In this document: positions 44,223 to 54,100 of the stretch, one piece after another | Numbering within the stretch: position 1 is the first letter of the stretch | Layout: the number at the start of each line of letters is the position of its first letter | From: a bacterium | GTDB lineage: Bacteria; Myxococcota_A; UBA9160; UBA4427 | Direction of reading: 5' to 3' | Length of the DNA stretch: 64,000 nucleotides | NCBI GenBank assembly: GCA_031413515.1 | Contig: JANOFF010000031.1 | Coordinates: 131,166 to 195,165 of the forward strand | Notes under the pieces: generated by a model | Databases searched by the model: none | Told to the model about the DNA's origin: nothing | What the model saw: the letters and a program-made list of their open reading frames with translations, nothing else | Made by a program: the position numbers and the translations under genes

Positions 44223-45400
44223 CAGCTCCGATTCCGCGTCGCCGGCTTGCTGTGCGCGAGGAAGCCAGGGTCGAAGACGATGGGCTCATCACCGGGAGCC
44301 TTGCGTTCGATGATGCCGATCGGATAGGCGCGCTCGCCGAGTCCCTCGAGCCGATGGATGATGTCGTCCGCCTGCTCGTGCGGGACCACCACGATCATTC
44401 CGACCCCGCAGTTGAAGACCCGCAGCAGTTCATCCTCGGGCAACTCGGCCTGGCTCTGGATCCAGGCGTAGACGCCGGGCCGCGGCCAGGCGAGGGTATC
44501 GATGCGCGCCCGCACGCCCTTCGGAAGGACTCGGGGCACGTTGCCCGTGAAGCCGCCGCCGGTGACGTGGCAGAGGCCATGGATCGTGAAGTCCCGCATC
44601 ACGTTGAGCAGGGGTTTGACATAGATGCGGGTCGGCGCGAGCAGTTCGCTGGCGAGGCTGCTCTTCAGCATCGGGTACTCACCGAAGAGTTCGAGCCGGC
44701 CGGCGCGGATGCCTTCATCGAGCACGTGGCGCACCAGCGAGTAGCCGTTGCTGTGGAAGCCGCTCGACGCGATGCCGATCAACGTGTCGCCCTCGCTGAT
44801 CGTCGAGCCGTCGATGATGCCGTCTCGCTCCACCACACCGACCGCGAATCCGACCATCTCGAGATCGCCGTCCGCGTAGGTGCCCGGCATCGTTGCCGTC
44901 TCGCCGCCGAGCAGCGCGCAGCCCGCACGCCGGCAGCCCTCGGCGATCCCGCGGAGAGCATCACCGGCGATCTTCTTGTCGAGCTTTCCCATTGCCAGGT
45001 AGTCGAGGAACACCACGGGCTCGGCGCCCTGGACGACCAGATCGTTGACCACCATGGCCACGCAGTCGATGCCGACGGTGTCGAAGCGACCGATCTGCGC
45101 GGCGAGCGTCAGTTTGGTGCCGACGCCATCGGTCGCCGCCACCATCACCGGATCCTTGTAGCGATCGGGTGCCTTGAACAGACCCGCGAAGCCACCGATC
45201 GACGACAGCACCTCGGGGCGGAACGTGCTCTTCACGATCTCCTTGACCTCGTCGATGAACGATTCGTCGTGATCGAGGTCGACGCCCGCACGTGCGTAGG
45301 TCGGTGCGGTCTGCAGCCCGGGCTGCTTCGGCTGCGGCGTTGAATCGTCGGGAGGCGGAGGCACGCGCGTTGAATAGGCGACGGGGCACCGGCCTGTCAA
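44222..45400 (-). CDS. purM: Phosphoribosylformylglycinamidine cyclo-ligase (AIR synthetase)
   Basis: YARAGVDLD, ATDGVGTKL, GGETATMPG and HVTGGGF motifs. The start is uncertain (TTG 45400 or GTG 45364). Confidence 0.9.
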   Translation of the reverse strand: MTGRCPVAYSTRVPPPPDDSTPQPKQPGLQTAPTYARAGVDLDHDESFIDEVKEIVKSTFRPEVLSSIGGFAGLFKAPDRYKDPVMVAATDGVGTKLTLAAQIGRFDTVGIDCVAMVVNDLVVQGAEPVVFLDYLAMGKLDKKIAGDALRGIAEGCRRAGCALLGGETATMPGTYADGDLEMVGFAVGVVERDGIIDGSTISEGDTLIGIASSGFHSNGYSLVRHVLDEGIRAGRLELFGEYPMLKSSLASELLAPTRIYVKPLLNVMRDFTIHGLCHVTGGGFTGNVPRVLPKGVRARIDTLAWPRPGVYAWIQSQAELPEDELLRVFNCGVGMIVVVPHEQADDIIHRLEGLGERAYPIGIIERKAPGDEPIVFDPGFLAHSKPATRNRS

Positions 45401-45444
45401 TTCTCGGAGGCCCCTTGGCGCGGACCTGCTCGGGCGATCGCCCG

Positions 45445-46245
45445 ATGCGGCTCGCCGACCCGGATTGCAGCACTCATCGTGCTAGGGTCCCCCGGGTGGA
45501 GATCGCGGTGGTGATTCCCGCACTCGACGAGGCCGACCGGATCGAGGACGCGGTTCGGGAAGTGCGTCGGTCGGGATCGTCGATGCCGCCGAGCCCGATC
45601 GGTTCTCGGACCGAGGACAGCGCTGCACCGGGCAGCACGCGTTCGGAACGGCAGTCGATCGAGATCATCGTCGTCGACGGGGGCAGCTCGGACGACACCG
45701 CCGCCTGCGCGGGGCGCGCCGGTGCCCGGGTTCTCCGGACGGAACGCGGGCGGGCGCGCCAGCTCGAGGCGGGCTGGCGGGCGAGCAGCGGCGAAGTGAT
45801 CGTCTTCCTGCACGCGGATACCCGGCTCGAGGATCACTGGCCCATGTCGATGCAAGCAGCGCTGGCCGATCCGGAAGTCGTCGGAGGCGCATTCCGACTC
45901 CGGTTCGACCGGGACACGCCGGCCTTTCGCGCGATCGCGGCCCTGACGGCGCTGCGGGTCCGCGTCTTCGGGCTTCCCTACGGTGATCAGGCGATCTTCG
46001 TCCGGCGTCGAACCCTCGATTCCATCGGTGGCATCCCAGATGTTCCGTTGATGGAAGATCTCGACCTGGTCGTGGCGATGAAGGCGCGTGGACGTCTCGT
46101 GGTGCTCCGGACTGCGGCGACCACGTCTTCGCGACGCTATCAGGAGCAGGGCGTCATGAACACGCTGATCCGGCACCTGCTCGGCCTGACGGCCTGGCGG
46201 ATCGGTGTGGACCGGGCGCGCATCGCGCGCTGGGTCGGTCGATGA
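45445..46245 (+). CDS. Glycosyltransferase family 2 (small single-domain type)
   Basis: IAVVIPALDEADRI, IIVVDGGSSDDT and FLHADTRL motifs. The start is ATG 45445 or GTG 45496. ATGA overlap with the downstream ABC gene. Confidence 0.75.
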   Translation: MRLADPDCSTHRARVPRVEIAVVIPALDEADRIEDAVREVRRSGSSMPPSPIGSRTEDSAAPGSTRSERQSIEIIVVDGGSSDDTAACAGRAGARVLRTERGRARQLEAGWRASSGEVIVFLHADTRLEDHWPMSMQAALADPEVVGGAFRLRFDRDTPAFRAIAALTALRVRVFGLPYGDQAIFVRRRTLDSIGGIPDVPLMEDLDLVVAMKARGRLVVLRTAATTSSRRYQEQGVMNTLIRHLLGLTAWRIGVDRARIARWVGR

Positions 46246-48092
46246 GCGCAGCGCCCGTCGTCTCGGCTGCCCAGACCGGTGACAGCCCGGTTCGCCATGC
46301 GCTGCGGCGTCTCTCGGTCTATCTGCGCCGCAACGCCGTCTATTACAGCGTCTGGGCATTCCTGACTCTCGCCTATGTGGCGTCCTTCATCGCGTTCCCG
46401 ATCCTGGTCGGTCGCGCCATCGAGACGGGTGTGGAGCAGGGAGCCACGAGCGACGTCTTCCTGTGGAACTGCGTGCTCCTGTTCGGCGTGGCGCTGGTGC
46501 GCTCTGTGCTGCGATTCGCATCGCGCCTGCTGGTCTTCAACGCGGCGCGCGAAGTCGAGTACGAGATGCGGAACGATCTGTTCGCGCATCTTCAACGGCT
46601 CCCCCAGTCGTTCTACTTCGACTGGCGGACCGGCGACCTGATGAGTCGCTGCGTCAACGACCTGAACGCCGTGCGGTTGATGCTCGGGCCGGGGCTCCTG
46701 TCCTTCGTGCAGTCTCCCGTGTTGTTCGCCGGCGTCCTGGTCGCGATGTTCGTGATGAATCCACTGCTCGCGTTCCTCGTGCTCCTCCCCTATCCGCTGT
46801 TCATCCTGATCGCGCGTGCCTTCGGTCAGCAGATGCACTTCCGCAGCCTCGAATTCCAGGAGGGGCTCGCCGACATGTCGAACCAGGTGCAGGAGGTCGT
46901 CTCAGGCATTTCGGTCGTCAAGGCCTATGCGATGGAGGGCGAGCAGGCGTCGCGCTTCGATCGCATCAACGCCGAGCTCTACCGGCGCGCACTCGGGCTG
47001 GTCCGCATCAACGGCGCGATGCCGGCAATCACGGGCATGCTGCCGACCATCGCGATGGCGATCGTGCTGCTCGTCGGTGGCATCGCGATCGGCAACGGAA
47101 GCATGTCGAAGGGGCAGTTCTTCACGTTCGCGATGTTCATCTGGGAGCTCACCTTTCCCACGTTCATCATGGGTTGGGTGTTCGCGATCGTGCAGCGCGG
47201 TGCCGCGGCGATGCAGCGCATCGACGAGATCCTGTCGGTCGAACCGTCGATCCGGGACGACGTGGACGTCGCGCCGGCCGCCGCCCTCACCGGCGAGATC
47301 GAATTCCGCCACCTGACTTTCCGCTACCACGACGTCGATCGCGAGCCCGCCCTGGTGGATCTGGTTCTGCACGTGCCCGCCGGCTCGACGCTCGGTGTCG
47401 TGGGTCCGGTCGGATCGGGCAAGAGCACGCTGGCTTCGGTGATTCCGCGGATCTTCGAGGTAGACGATGGCCAGCTGTTCCTCGACGGCGTCGACATCAA
47501 TCGACTGCCCCTCGGCGTGTTGCGCGCCGGCATCGCCATGGTGCCCCAGGACTCGTTCCTGTTCTCGATGTCGCTGGCGGACAACATCGCCTATGGGTTG
47601 CCCGAGGACGCGCCCCGCAGCGAAATCGAGGAAGCCGCCCGGCGTGCCCAGCTCGCGAAGGACGTCGTGGACCTGCCGGATGGCTACGACACGCTGGTCG
47701 GCGAACGCGGCGTGATGCTGTCGGGCGGTCAGCGACAACGCACCGCGCTGGCGCGGGCGCTCGCGCTTCGACCGAGCATCCTGATCCTCGACGACACACT
47801 GTCGGCGGTGGATGCCGAGACCGAATCGGCGATCCAGGCCGAACTCGCCCGGGTCTTCGACGGTCGGACCGTGGTGGTCGTCGCATCGCGCGTCAGCACG
47901 GTGCGCGACTGCGATCAGATCGCCGTGCTCGACGACGGCCGGCTGGTCGAACTCGGCGATCACGACTCGCTGATGGCAGCAGGCGGACTGTACGCGCGAC
48001 TCAACGACGAGCAGGTCGAGAGAGAGCGACGGGCCCGCGTGGCGAGCGAACTCGCGGCCGAGAACGCCCGCGCGGTGGACGCGCGCGCATGA
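46242..48092 (+). CDS. ABC exporter, fused permease/ATPase (subunit 1 of a probable heterodimer)
   Basis: Six-TM domain, Walker A GPVGSGKST, LSGGQRQR, LILDDTLSAVD. Confidence 0.88.
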   Translation: MSAAPVVSAAQTGDSPVRHALRRLSVYLRRNAVYYSVWAFLTLAYVASFIAFPILVGRAIETGVEQGATSDVFLWNCVLLFGVALVRSVLRFASRLLVFNAAREVEYEMRNDLFAHLQRLPQSFYFDWRTGDLMSRCVNDLNAVRLMLGPGLLSFVQSPVLFAGVLVAMFVMNPLLAFLVLLPYPLFILIARAFGQQMHFRSLEFQEGLADMSNQVQEVVSGISVVKAYAMEGEQASRFDRINAELYRRALGLVRINGAMPAITGMLPTIAMAIVLLVGGIAIGNGSMSKGQFFTFAMFIWELTFPTFIMGWVFAIVQRGAAAMQRIDEILSVEPSIRDDVDVAPAAALTGEIEFRHLTFRYHDVDREPALVDLVLHVPAGSTLGVVGPVGSGKSTLASVIPRIFEVDDGQLFLDGVDINRLPLGVLRAGIAMVPQDSFLFSMSLADNIAYGLPEDAPRSEIEEAARRAQLAKDVVDLPDGYDTLVGERGVMLSGGQRQRTALARALALRPSILILDDTLSAVDAETESAIQAELARVFDGRTVVVVASRVSTVRDCDQIAVLDDGRLVELGDHDSLMAAGGLYARLNDEQVERERRARVASELAAENARAVDARA

Positions 48093-50020
48093 GCGAAGCC
48101 CTCCATGAAGAAGAGAGTCTCGGCAAGGTCTATGACGGCCGCCTGATCCGCTTGCTCTGGCGCTACGTCGCTCCGTATCGCTGGCAGGTCGTCCTCACGC
48201 TCGCGATGGTGCTGCCGCTGCTCGTGCTCGAACTGCTGCCGGCCTTCGTGGTCAAGGTCGCGCTCGACTATCTCGCGCCAGGGGGAGACTCCGTCGCGCC
48301 CTCGCGGCCGTTCGTCGCCGACCCGAGCGCCGGTGTGATCGCCCGGGCGGTGGCGGGCAGCGCAGCGGCGATCGACGCTTCCGTCGAGGGAATTCGCGCG
48401 TGGCTGCTCACGCCGCCGTTCGGGATGCCGGGGATCGCGTGGATCGCCTTCGTCTTCCTCACGATCGCGTCCCTCGGCGCGGTGCTCGGCTTCTACCACA
48501 TGGTCCTGATGTCGATCACCGGTCAATCCGCGATGCGGGACCTGCGGCGGGTGGTCTTCGATCGGATCCAGCAGCTGCATCTCGGATTCTTCGACCGCTA
48601 TCCCGTCGGACGACTGGTGACGCGGGCGACCAACGATGTCGAGAACGTCTCGGAGATGTTCTCCGCCGGGGTCGTGGCGCTCGTCACGGACCTGCTGAAG
48701 ATGGTGGTGCTGGCCGCGGTGCTCTTCTCGGTGAATCCGAGGCTGGCGGGCGTGACGTTCGTGGTGATCCCCGCGATGGCTCTCGCGGCGATCGTGTTCC
48801 GCCTCAAGGTGCGCGATGCATTCCGCGACGTCCGCGTGCGGATCGCGCGCATCAACGCGCACATCCAGGAGACCATCAGCGGGATGAAGGTGGTCCAGCT
48901 CTTCACCCGGGAAGCCCGCAACCTGCGCGACTTCGACGAGATGAACGCGGGGCATCGAGACGCCTGGAATCTCTCGATCCGCTACGACTCGCTGCTGTTC
49001 TCGGCAGTCGAGATGGCGAGCGGCGTCAGCTTCGCGGTCATCATCTGGTACGGGACCGGATTGGTGGAGGCGGGCACCCTCTATCTGTTCATGGACTACA
49101 TGCGGAGATTCTTCATGCCGCTGCGGGATCTGTCTGCCAAGTACTCCGTCATGCAGTCCTCGATGGCGAGCAGCGAGCGGATCTTCCAGCTGCTGCAGAC
49201 GCCGATCGGCGTGCGTGATCCCGAGCGGCCGCGGCAATTGCCGGATCCCGGGGCGGGGCGGGGCTCGATCCGTTTCGAGCACGTCTGGTTCCGCTACGGG
49301 GCGGGCGACTGGGTGATCCGCGACCTGTCGTTCGAGGTGTCGCCGGGCGAACGCGTGGCCTTCGTCGGGGCGACCGGCGCTGGCAAGACGACGATCATAA
49401 AACTGTTGTCGCGCTTCTATGAAGCGACGAAAGGCCGGATCCTGGTCGACGGGGTCGACATCCGGGAGGTCGCCCAGGCGGATCTGCGAAGGCGCGTCGC
49501 CACGGTGCTGCAGGACGTCTTCCTCTTCAGCGGCAGCGTGGCCGACAACATCGCGCTCGGCCGCGCGGATCTCACGCGCGCGGACATCGAGCGCGCAGCC
49601 CGGGCCGTCGAGGCGCATGGCTTCATCCAGAAGCTGCCCCACGGCTACGAGACGGTCGTGCGCGAGCGCGGCAGCAACTTCTCGGCCGGTCAGCGACAAC
49701 TGCTGTCTTTTGCGCGCGCACTCGCCCACGGAGCCGACGTGCTCGTGCTCGACGAGGCGACGAGCTCGATCGACACCGAGACCGAGGCGCTGATCCAGCG
49801 CGGCATCCACGCGCTGATGCAGGGCCGGACCGCGATCGCGATCGCGCACCGCTTGTCGACGATCCGCGACGTCGATCGCATCTACGTCATGCACCGCGGC
49901 GAACTCGTCGAGTCGGGCGACCACGACGAACTGATTTCCCAGAGGGGCGCGTATCATCGCCTCTATCAATTGCAGTCCGAACTGGATCAAGGGCTGGAGT
50001 CGGTCGCAGCCGGGGGCTGA
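48089..50020 (+). CDS. ABC exporter, fused permease/ATPase (subunit 2 of a probable heterodimer)
   Basis: Walker A GATGAGKTT, signature FSAGQRQL, Walker B LVLDEATSSID. ATGA overlap with subunit 1. Confidence 0.88.
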   Translation: MSEALHEEESLGKVYDGRLIRLLWRYVAPYRWQVVLTLAMVLPLLVLELLPAFVVKVALDYLAPGGDSVAPSRPFVADPSAGVIARAVAGSAAAIDASVEGIRAWLLTPPFGMPGIAWIAFVFLTIASLGAVLGFYHMVLMSITGQSAMRDLRRVVFDRIQQLHLGFFDRYPVGRLVTRATNDVENVSEMFSAGVVALVTDLLKMVVLAAVLFSVNPRLAGVTFVVIPAMALAAIVFRLKVRDAFRDVRVRIARINAHIQETISGMKVVQLFTREARNLRDFDEMNAGHRDAWNLSIRYDSLLFSAVEMASGVSFAVIIWYGTGLVEAGTLYLFMDYMRRFFMPLRDLSAKYSVMQSSMASSERIFQLLQTPIGVRDPERPRQLPDPGAGRGSIRFEHVWFRYGAGDWVIRDLSFEVSPGERVAFVGATGAGKTTIIKLLSRFYEATKGRILVDGVDIREVAQADLRRRVATVLQDVFLFSGSVADNIALGRADLTRADIERAARAVEAHGFIQKLPHGYETVVRERGSNFSAGQRQLLSFARALAHGADVLVLDEATSSIDTETEALIQRGIHALMQGRTAIAIAHRLSTIRDVDRIYVMHRGELVESGDHDELISQRGAYHRLYQLQSELDQGLESVAAGG

Positions 50021-50155
50021 ATCCGACGCCGGAGGGTGCGATCGCGATTGCGTTCACCCCCCGGGAGTGTTACCCATGGCGCACCCCCCAGCGCCGTTCG
50101 AAGACACCCAATCCATCACGTCGATCCCCTCCGGATCGACGGGTACGGGGCTCCG

Positions 50156-53100
50156 GTGCGCATCAAGTCACTCCAGGTCCACGGCTTCAAATCCTTCGTC
50201 GACCGGACAGTCTTCACGTTCAAGGACGGGGTGACGGCCGTCGTCGGGCCGAACGGTTGCGGCAAGTCGAATGTCGTCGACGCCGTGCGTTGGGTGATGG
50301 GCGAGCAGTCCGCCAAGCGACTCCGCGGCAAGGGGATGGATGACGTCATCTTCGCCGGCTCCGAGACCCGGCCGCCGATCGGCATGGCGGAGGTCGTACT
50401 CAGCTTCGACAACGCCGACGGCACCGCGCCTCCCGAATACGCGGTCTACAGCGAGATCCAGATCTGCCGCCGCCTCTACCGCTCCGGCGAATCCGAGTAT
50501 CTGATCAACAAGTCGCCGGCGCGTCTGAAGGACGTGCAGGATTTCTTCCGCGATACCGGCATCGGCGCCAAGGGCTACACGATCGTCGAGCAGGGCAGGG
50601 TCGCCGAGATCGTCTCGGCCAAGGCCGAAGAGCGACGCCTGTTGATCGAAGAGGCCGCCGGGATCACCAAGTACAAGGCCCGCCGTCGTGAGGCCGAGGG
50701 CAAGATCAAGTCCACCGAGCAGAACCTTCAGCGCGTGAACGACGTGCTCGGCGAGATCAAGCGGCAGATCGGCACCCTCGAGCGGCAGGCCCGCAAGGCG
50801 GCGCGCTACAAGCGGCTGCGCGAGACCCAGCGGATCCTCGAACTGTCGCTCGCATCGGATGAACGGCGCGACCAGTTGGCGTCGGTCGCAGAGGCCCGCG
50901 GCCACCTGATCGGACTGCGCGACACCGTCACCGCGCTGTCCACGCGGCTCGCCGAACGCGAACTCGCCGTCGAGGAGCAGCGCATCGCGTTGACCGAGGC
51001 CGAGAAGGAAGTGAGCCGCGGCGCCGAGCGGCTCTATGCGCTGAGGAGCGACATCAAGAACCTCGAGGGTCAGATCGAGCTGTCCCGGCGCGAGTGCGAG
51101 AACATCGACCAGAGCAACGCGGGTCGGCAGCAGGAACTCGGACAGCTGCGCGCGCAGCTCAGCCACGTCGAGAACGAGGCCGTACAGGCCCGACAGGAAC
51201 TGGATCAGCTCGAACTGGCGGTCGCCGGCCAGCAGGGGACCGTGGATCGCGCGGAAGCCGAGGCCAACGCGGCCCGTGAGCAGCTGAGGATCCAGGAACG
51301 CGAACGCAACGTCGCGAATGACGCGCTCGTCCAGGTGCTGACGTCGATCGCGCGAACCGAGGACCGGATCGCCGCGGTCGCCGATCGTCACGCCGAGATC
51401 GACCAGCGCCTGCGGGCAGCGGATCGCGACTTCGAAGAGCGGCAGACCGCGGCTACGGCGGCGGATCGCGAGCAGACGCAGCTCGAGGAGGGGCTGCGCA
51501 ATCTGCTGGCCGATCGCGATCGATTGCAGGAGCAGCTCCTGACCGCGATCCGGACCCACGAACGCGCGAACGAATCACTGCGCGAAGCGGCCGGTTCGCT
51601 GCGCGAGGTTCGCGAGCGTCTCGAGGCTCGACGGGCGCGCTTCGATTCGCTGCGCGAGGTGCTCGAGCGCAACGAGGACGTGGGAGCGGGAACACGCCAT
51701 CTGCTCGCGAAGGGCCCGGAGGTCGCGGCTCGATCCGGTCTGCTGGGGCTGGTCCGCGACCTGCTCGACGTGGATCGCGAAGTCGAGAAGGCCGTCGAAT
51801 CCGTGCTGGCCGAGCGCGCGGATGCGCTCGTCGTCGCGGGCTCGGGCCACGTCATGGACGCACTCGGCGTTCTGCGGGCAGAACGCGGCGGCCGCGGACT
51901 GTTCATCGTCGAGCCCTCGTCCGAGACGCCGGCCACGGGTTTCGTGCCGCTCGGCGAGCCGCTGCTCGCGCGCGTACGGGCCCGGGCCGGGCAGGAGAAG
52001 CTGGCGCGCAGCCTGCTTGGCGACGTGTACCTCGTCGGATCGCTGTCGGAAGCCTTCGATGTCTACGGCCGCGGCAGCCTGCCGGCGACCTTCGTGACCC
52101 TCGACGGCGACGTGGCGAGTGCAGACGGCGTCGTTCGCGGGGGCGGCGAGGCGCAGGGCGGAGGTTCGCTCGCCCGAGTGCGCGAGGTGCGCGAACTCGA
52201 GGACGAGGTCGCGAAGGCGATCGCCGAGGCGGCGCGCCTCGAATCGGCTCATGCGGCGGCCGATCGCGCCCTCGTGACGGCCACCGAGGAACTCGAGAAC
52301 CTGCGCAACCGCCACCACACCGCGGCACTGGCCGTGGCGAACCACGAAAAGGATCTCGAGCGGACCGCGGAGCGTGTCAAGACGATCGGCGAGGCGCAGC
52401 AGACTCGGGTGTCCGAGCGCGAGGATCTGGTGGCCGAATCGGAGTCGCTCGCCGACGAGCAGGCCAGGCTCGAGGAGCGGCTCGCGACGGGTCGTGACGA
52501 TCGCAGCCAGCGGCAGTCCGACCTCGACGCACTGGTCCTTCGGATCGGCTCGTCGACCCGCGAAGTGTCACGCCTGGATACGCGTCTCACCGAACTCCGC
52601 GTGGCGCACGGTTCCCGGGTCGAGACTCGCGACCGTCTGCGCGAAACGGTCTCTCGCGCCGACTCGTCGACGCGTGAAACCACGGAATGGATCACGCGCC
52701 GCGAGCAGGAGATCGAGGCCGGCCGCAATCGGCGCATGACCCTGATCGCCCAGCGCGAAGAATCCGAACAGTCGATGACGGTCAGACTCGAGGCCGAGGA
52801 AGTGGCGCGGGCGCACACGGATGCCCGTCGCGATGAATACGAGCGCGAGGCCGCCGCAGTGCGACAGGTCGAGGACACGGTTCGCGCCGTGAGGCTCGAG
52901 CTGACTGCCCGGCAGGAGGAGGCGACCCACGCCGAACTGAACCTGCGCGAGAGCGAAATGCGACTCACGCACCAGGTCGAGAACATCCGCGAGCGCTGGC
53001 AGGTCGACCTCGCCAGCTGGCAGCCGCCCGAACTCATCGACGAGACCGGCGAAGGCGAAGCTTTCGATGCCCGACGGAGCGCTGCAGACGACGCCGAGGC

Positions 53101-53911
53101 GGCGGTCGCGGCACGCTTGCGCATCCTCGCAGAGGGCGGGGATCCCGACGCCGATGTGTCCGACGGAGAAGAAGCCGACGGGTCCTTCGCCGAGTCGCGC
53201 ACCGGTGGCGAAGCCGCGAGCGAGCGCCGCGAGGCGAGGCGCAACGCCCTGCTTGCCCGGGCACCGCGTGACGAGCGTGAGCGCGAACTCGAGTCGCTCC
53301 GCGGCGCACTGCAGTCGATGGGCGACGTGAATCTCGGCGCGATCGAAGAGCACGAGGAACTCGCCGAGAGGTTCCGCTTCCTGTCCGAGCAGAAGGGCGA
53401 TCTGCAGGAGACGATCGAGTCGCTGCGCGAGGCCATCGCACGCATCAATCGCACGAGCCGTCGGCGCTTCCGCGAAACCTTCGAGGCGGTGAGCAAGCGC
53501 TTCTCGGAGAACTTCCCGAGGCTGTTCGGGGGTGGCAAAGCGAGTCTGCTGCTCACCGAGTCCGACGACATCCTCGAGGCCGGCATCGACATCATGGCGA
53601 TGCCCCCCGGCAAGCGCCTGCAGAACGTGAACCTGCTGTCCGGCGGCGAGAAGACGATGACCGCCCTCGCGTTGCTGGTGGCCGTCTTCCAGGTGCGTCC
53701 CTCGCCCTTCTTCCTGCTCGACGAAGTCGATGCCGCCCTCGATGACGCGAACGTCGGGCGCTTCAATCAGCTGATCACCGAGATCGCCGCGCACTCGCAA
53801 TTCCTGGTCATCACCCACAACAAGCGCACCATAGAAGTGGCCGATGTGTTGTATGGCGTGACGATGGAGCAGAAGGGTGTGAGCAAGCTGGTTGCCGTGG
53901 AGCTGACGTAG
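50156..53911 (+). CDS. smc: Chromosome partition protein Smc
   Basis: The GTG start gives VRIKSLQVHGFKSF...GPNGCGKSNVVDAVRWV. Long coiled coils, a hinge (VLAERADALVV), and a C-terminal LSGGEKTMTALALL and FFLLDEVDAALD. Confidence 0.92.
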   Translation: MRIKSLQVHGFKSFVDRTVFTFKDGVTAVVGPNGCGKSNVVDAVRWVMGEQSAKRLRGKGMDDVIFAGSETRPPIGMAEVVLSFDNADGTAPPEYAVYSEIQICRRLYRSGESEYLINKSPARLKDVQDFFRDTGIGAKGYTIVEQGRVAEIVSAKAEERRLLIEEAAGITKYKARRREAEGKIKSTEQNLQRVNDVLGEIKRQIGTLERQARKAARYKRLRETQRILELSLASDERRDQLASVAEARGHLIGLRDTVTALSTRLAERELAVEEQRIALTEAEKEVSRGAERLYALRSDIKNLEGQIELSRRECENIDQSNAGRQQELGQLRAQLSHVENEAVQARQELDQLELAVAGQQGTVDRAEAEANAAREQLRIQERERNVANDALVQVLTSIARTEDRIAAVADRHAEIDQRLRAADRDFEERQTAATAADREQTQLEEGLRNLLADRDRLQEQLLTAIRTHERANESLREAAGSLREVRERLEARRARFDSLREVLERNEDVGAGTRHLLAKGPEVAARSGLLGLVRDLLDVDREVEKAVESVLAERADALVVAGSGHVMDALGVLRAERGGRGLFIVEPSSETPATGFVPLGEPLLARVRARAGQEKLARSLLGDVYLVGSLSEAFDVYGRGSLPATFVTLDGDVASADGVVRGGGEAQGGGSLARVREVRELEDEVAKAIAEAARLESAHAAADRALVTATEELENLRNRHHTAALAVANHEKDLERTAERVKTIGEAQQTRVSEREDLVAESESLADEQARLEERLATGRDDRSQRQSDLDALVLRIGSSTREVSRLDTRLTELRVAHGSRVETRDRLRETVSRADSSTRETTEWITRREQEIEAGRNRRMTLIAQREESEQSMTVRLEAEEVARAHTDARRDEYEREAAAVRQVEDTVRAVRLELTARQEEATHAELNLRESEMRLTHQVENIRERWQVDLASWQPPELIDETGEGEAFDARRSAADDAEAAVAARLRILAEGGDPDADVSDGEEADGSFAESRTGGEAASERREARRNALLARAPRDERERELESLRGALQSMGDVNLGAIEEHEELAERFRFLSEQKGDLQETIESLREAIARINRTSRRRFRETFEAVSKRFSENFPRLFGGGKASLLLTESDDILEAGIDIMAMPPGKRLQNVNLLSGGEKTMTALALLVAVFQVRPSPFFLLDEVDAALDDANVGRFNQLITEIAAHSQFLVITHNKRTIEVADVLYGVTMEQKGVSKLVAVELT

Positions 53912-53915
53912 GCGG

Positions 53916-54100
53916 GTCGCGGGGAGGGGGTCCGGCTCCGCGCCCTGGGCTTCAGGTGAGCGGGGGGTTCGCGGCGCGTGGCTCGAACTGGTCGCTGTGC
54001 TCGTCGCGGGTGTGCGCCGCCGGTTGAAGTCTGGACGTGTGTGTGGCGCGTCTGCGCAGTTGGGGACGGCGGGCGCTGCGCCGGACCCCCTCCCCGCGAC
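53916..54100. repeat. 185-bp intergenic element bounded by perfect 20-bp inverted repeats
   Basis: gtcgcggggagggggtccgg (53916-53935) is the exact reverse complement of ccggaccccctccccgcgac (54081-54100). Pairing continues inward (gcgccc 53940-53945 with gggcgc 54071-54076). Confidence 0.85.

Noticed and set aside
47960-49990. 676-aa ORF antisense to the second ABC exporter (similar cases: 61072-62523 and 62995-63876 antisense to gltB; 35117-36550 and 36560-37957 opposite the membrane protein and ACAD genes)
   Set aside because: The same high-GC shadow-ORF phenomenon. The sense strands carry Walker/ABC, GltB or ACAD signatures.
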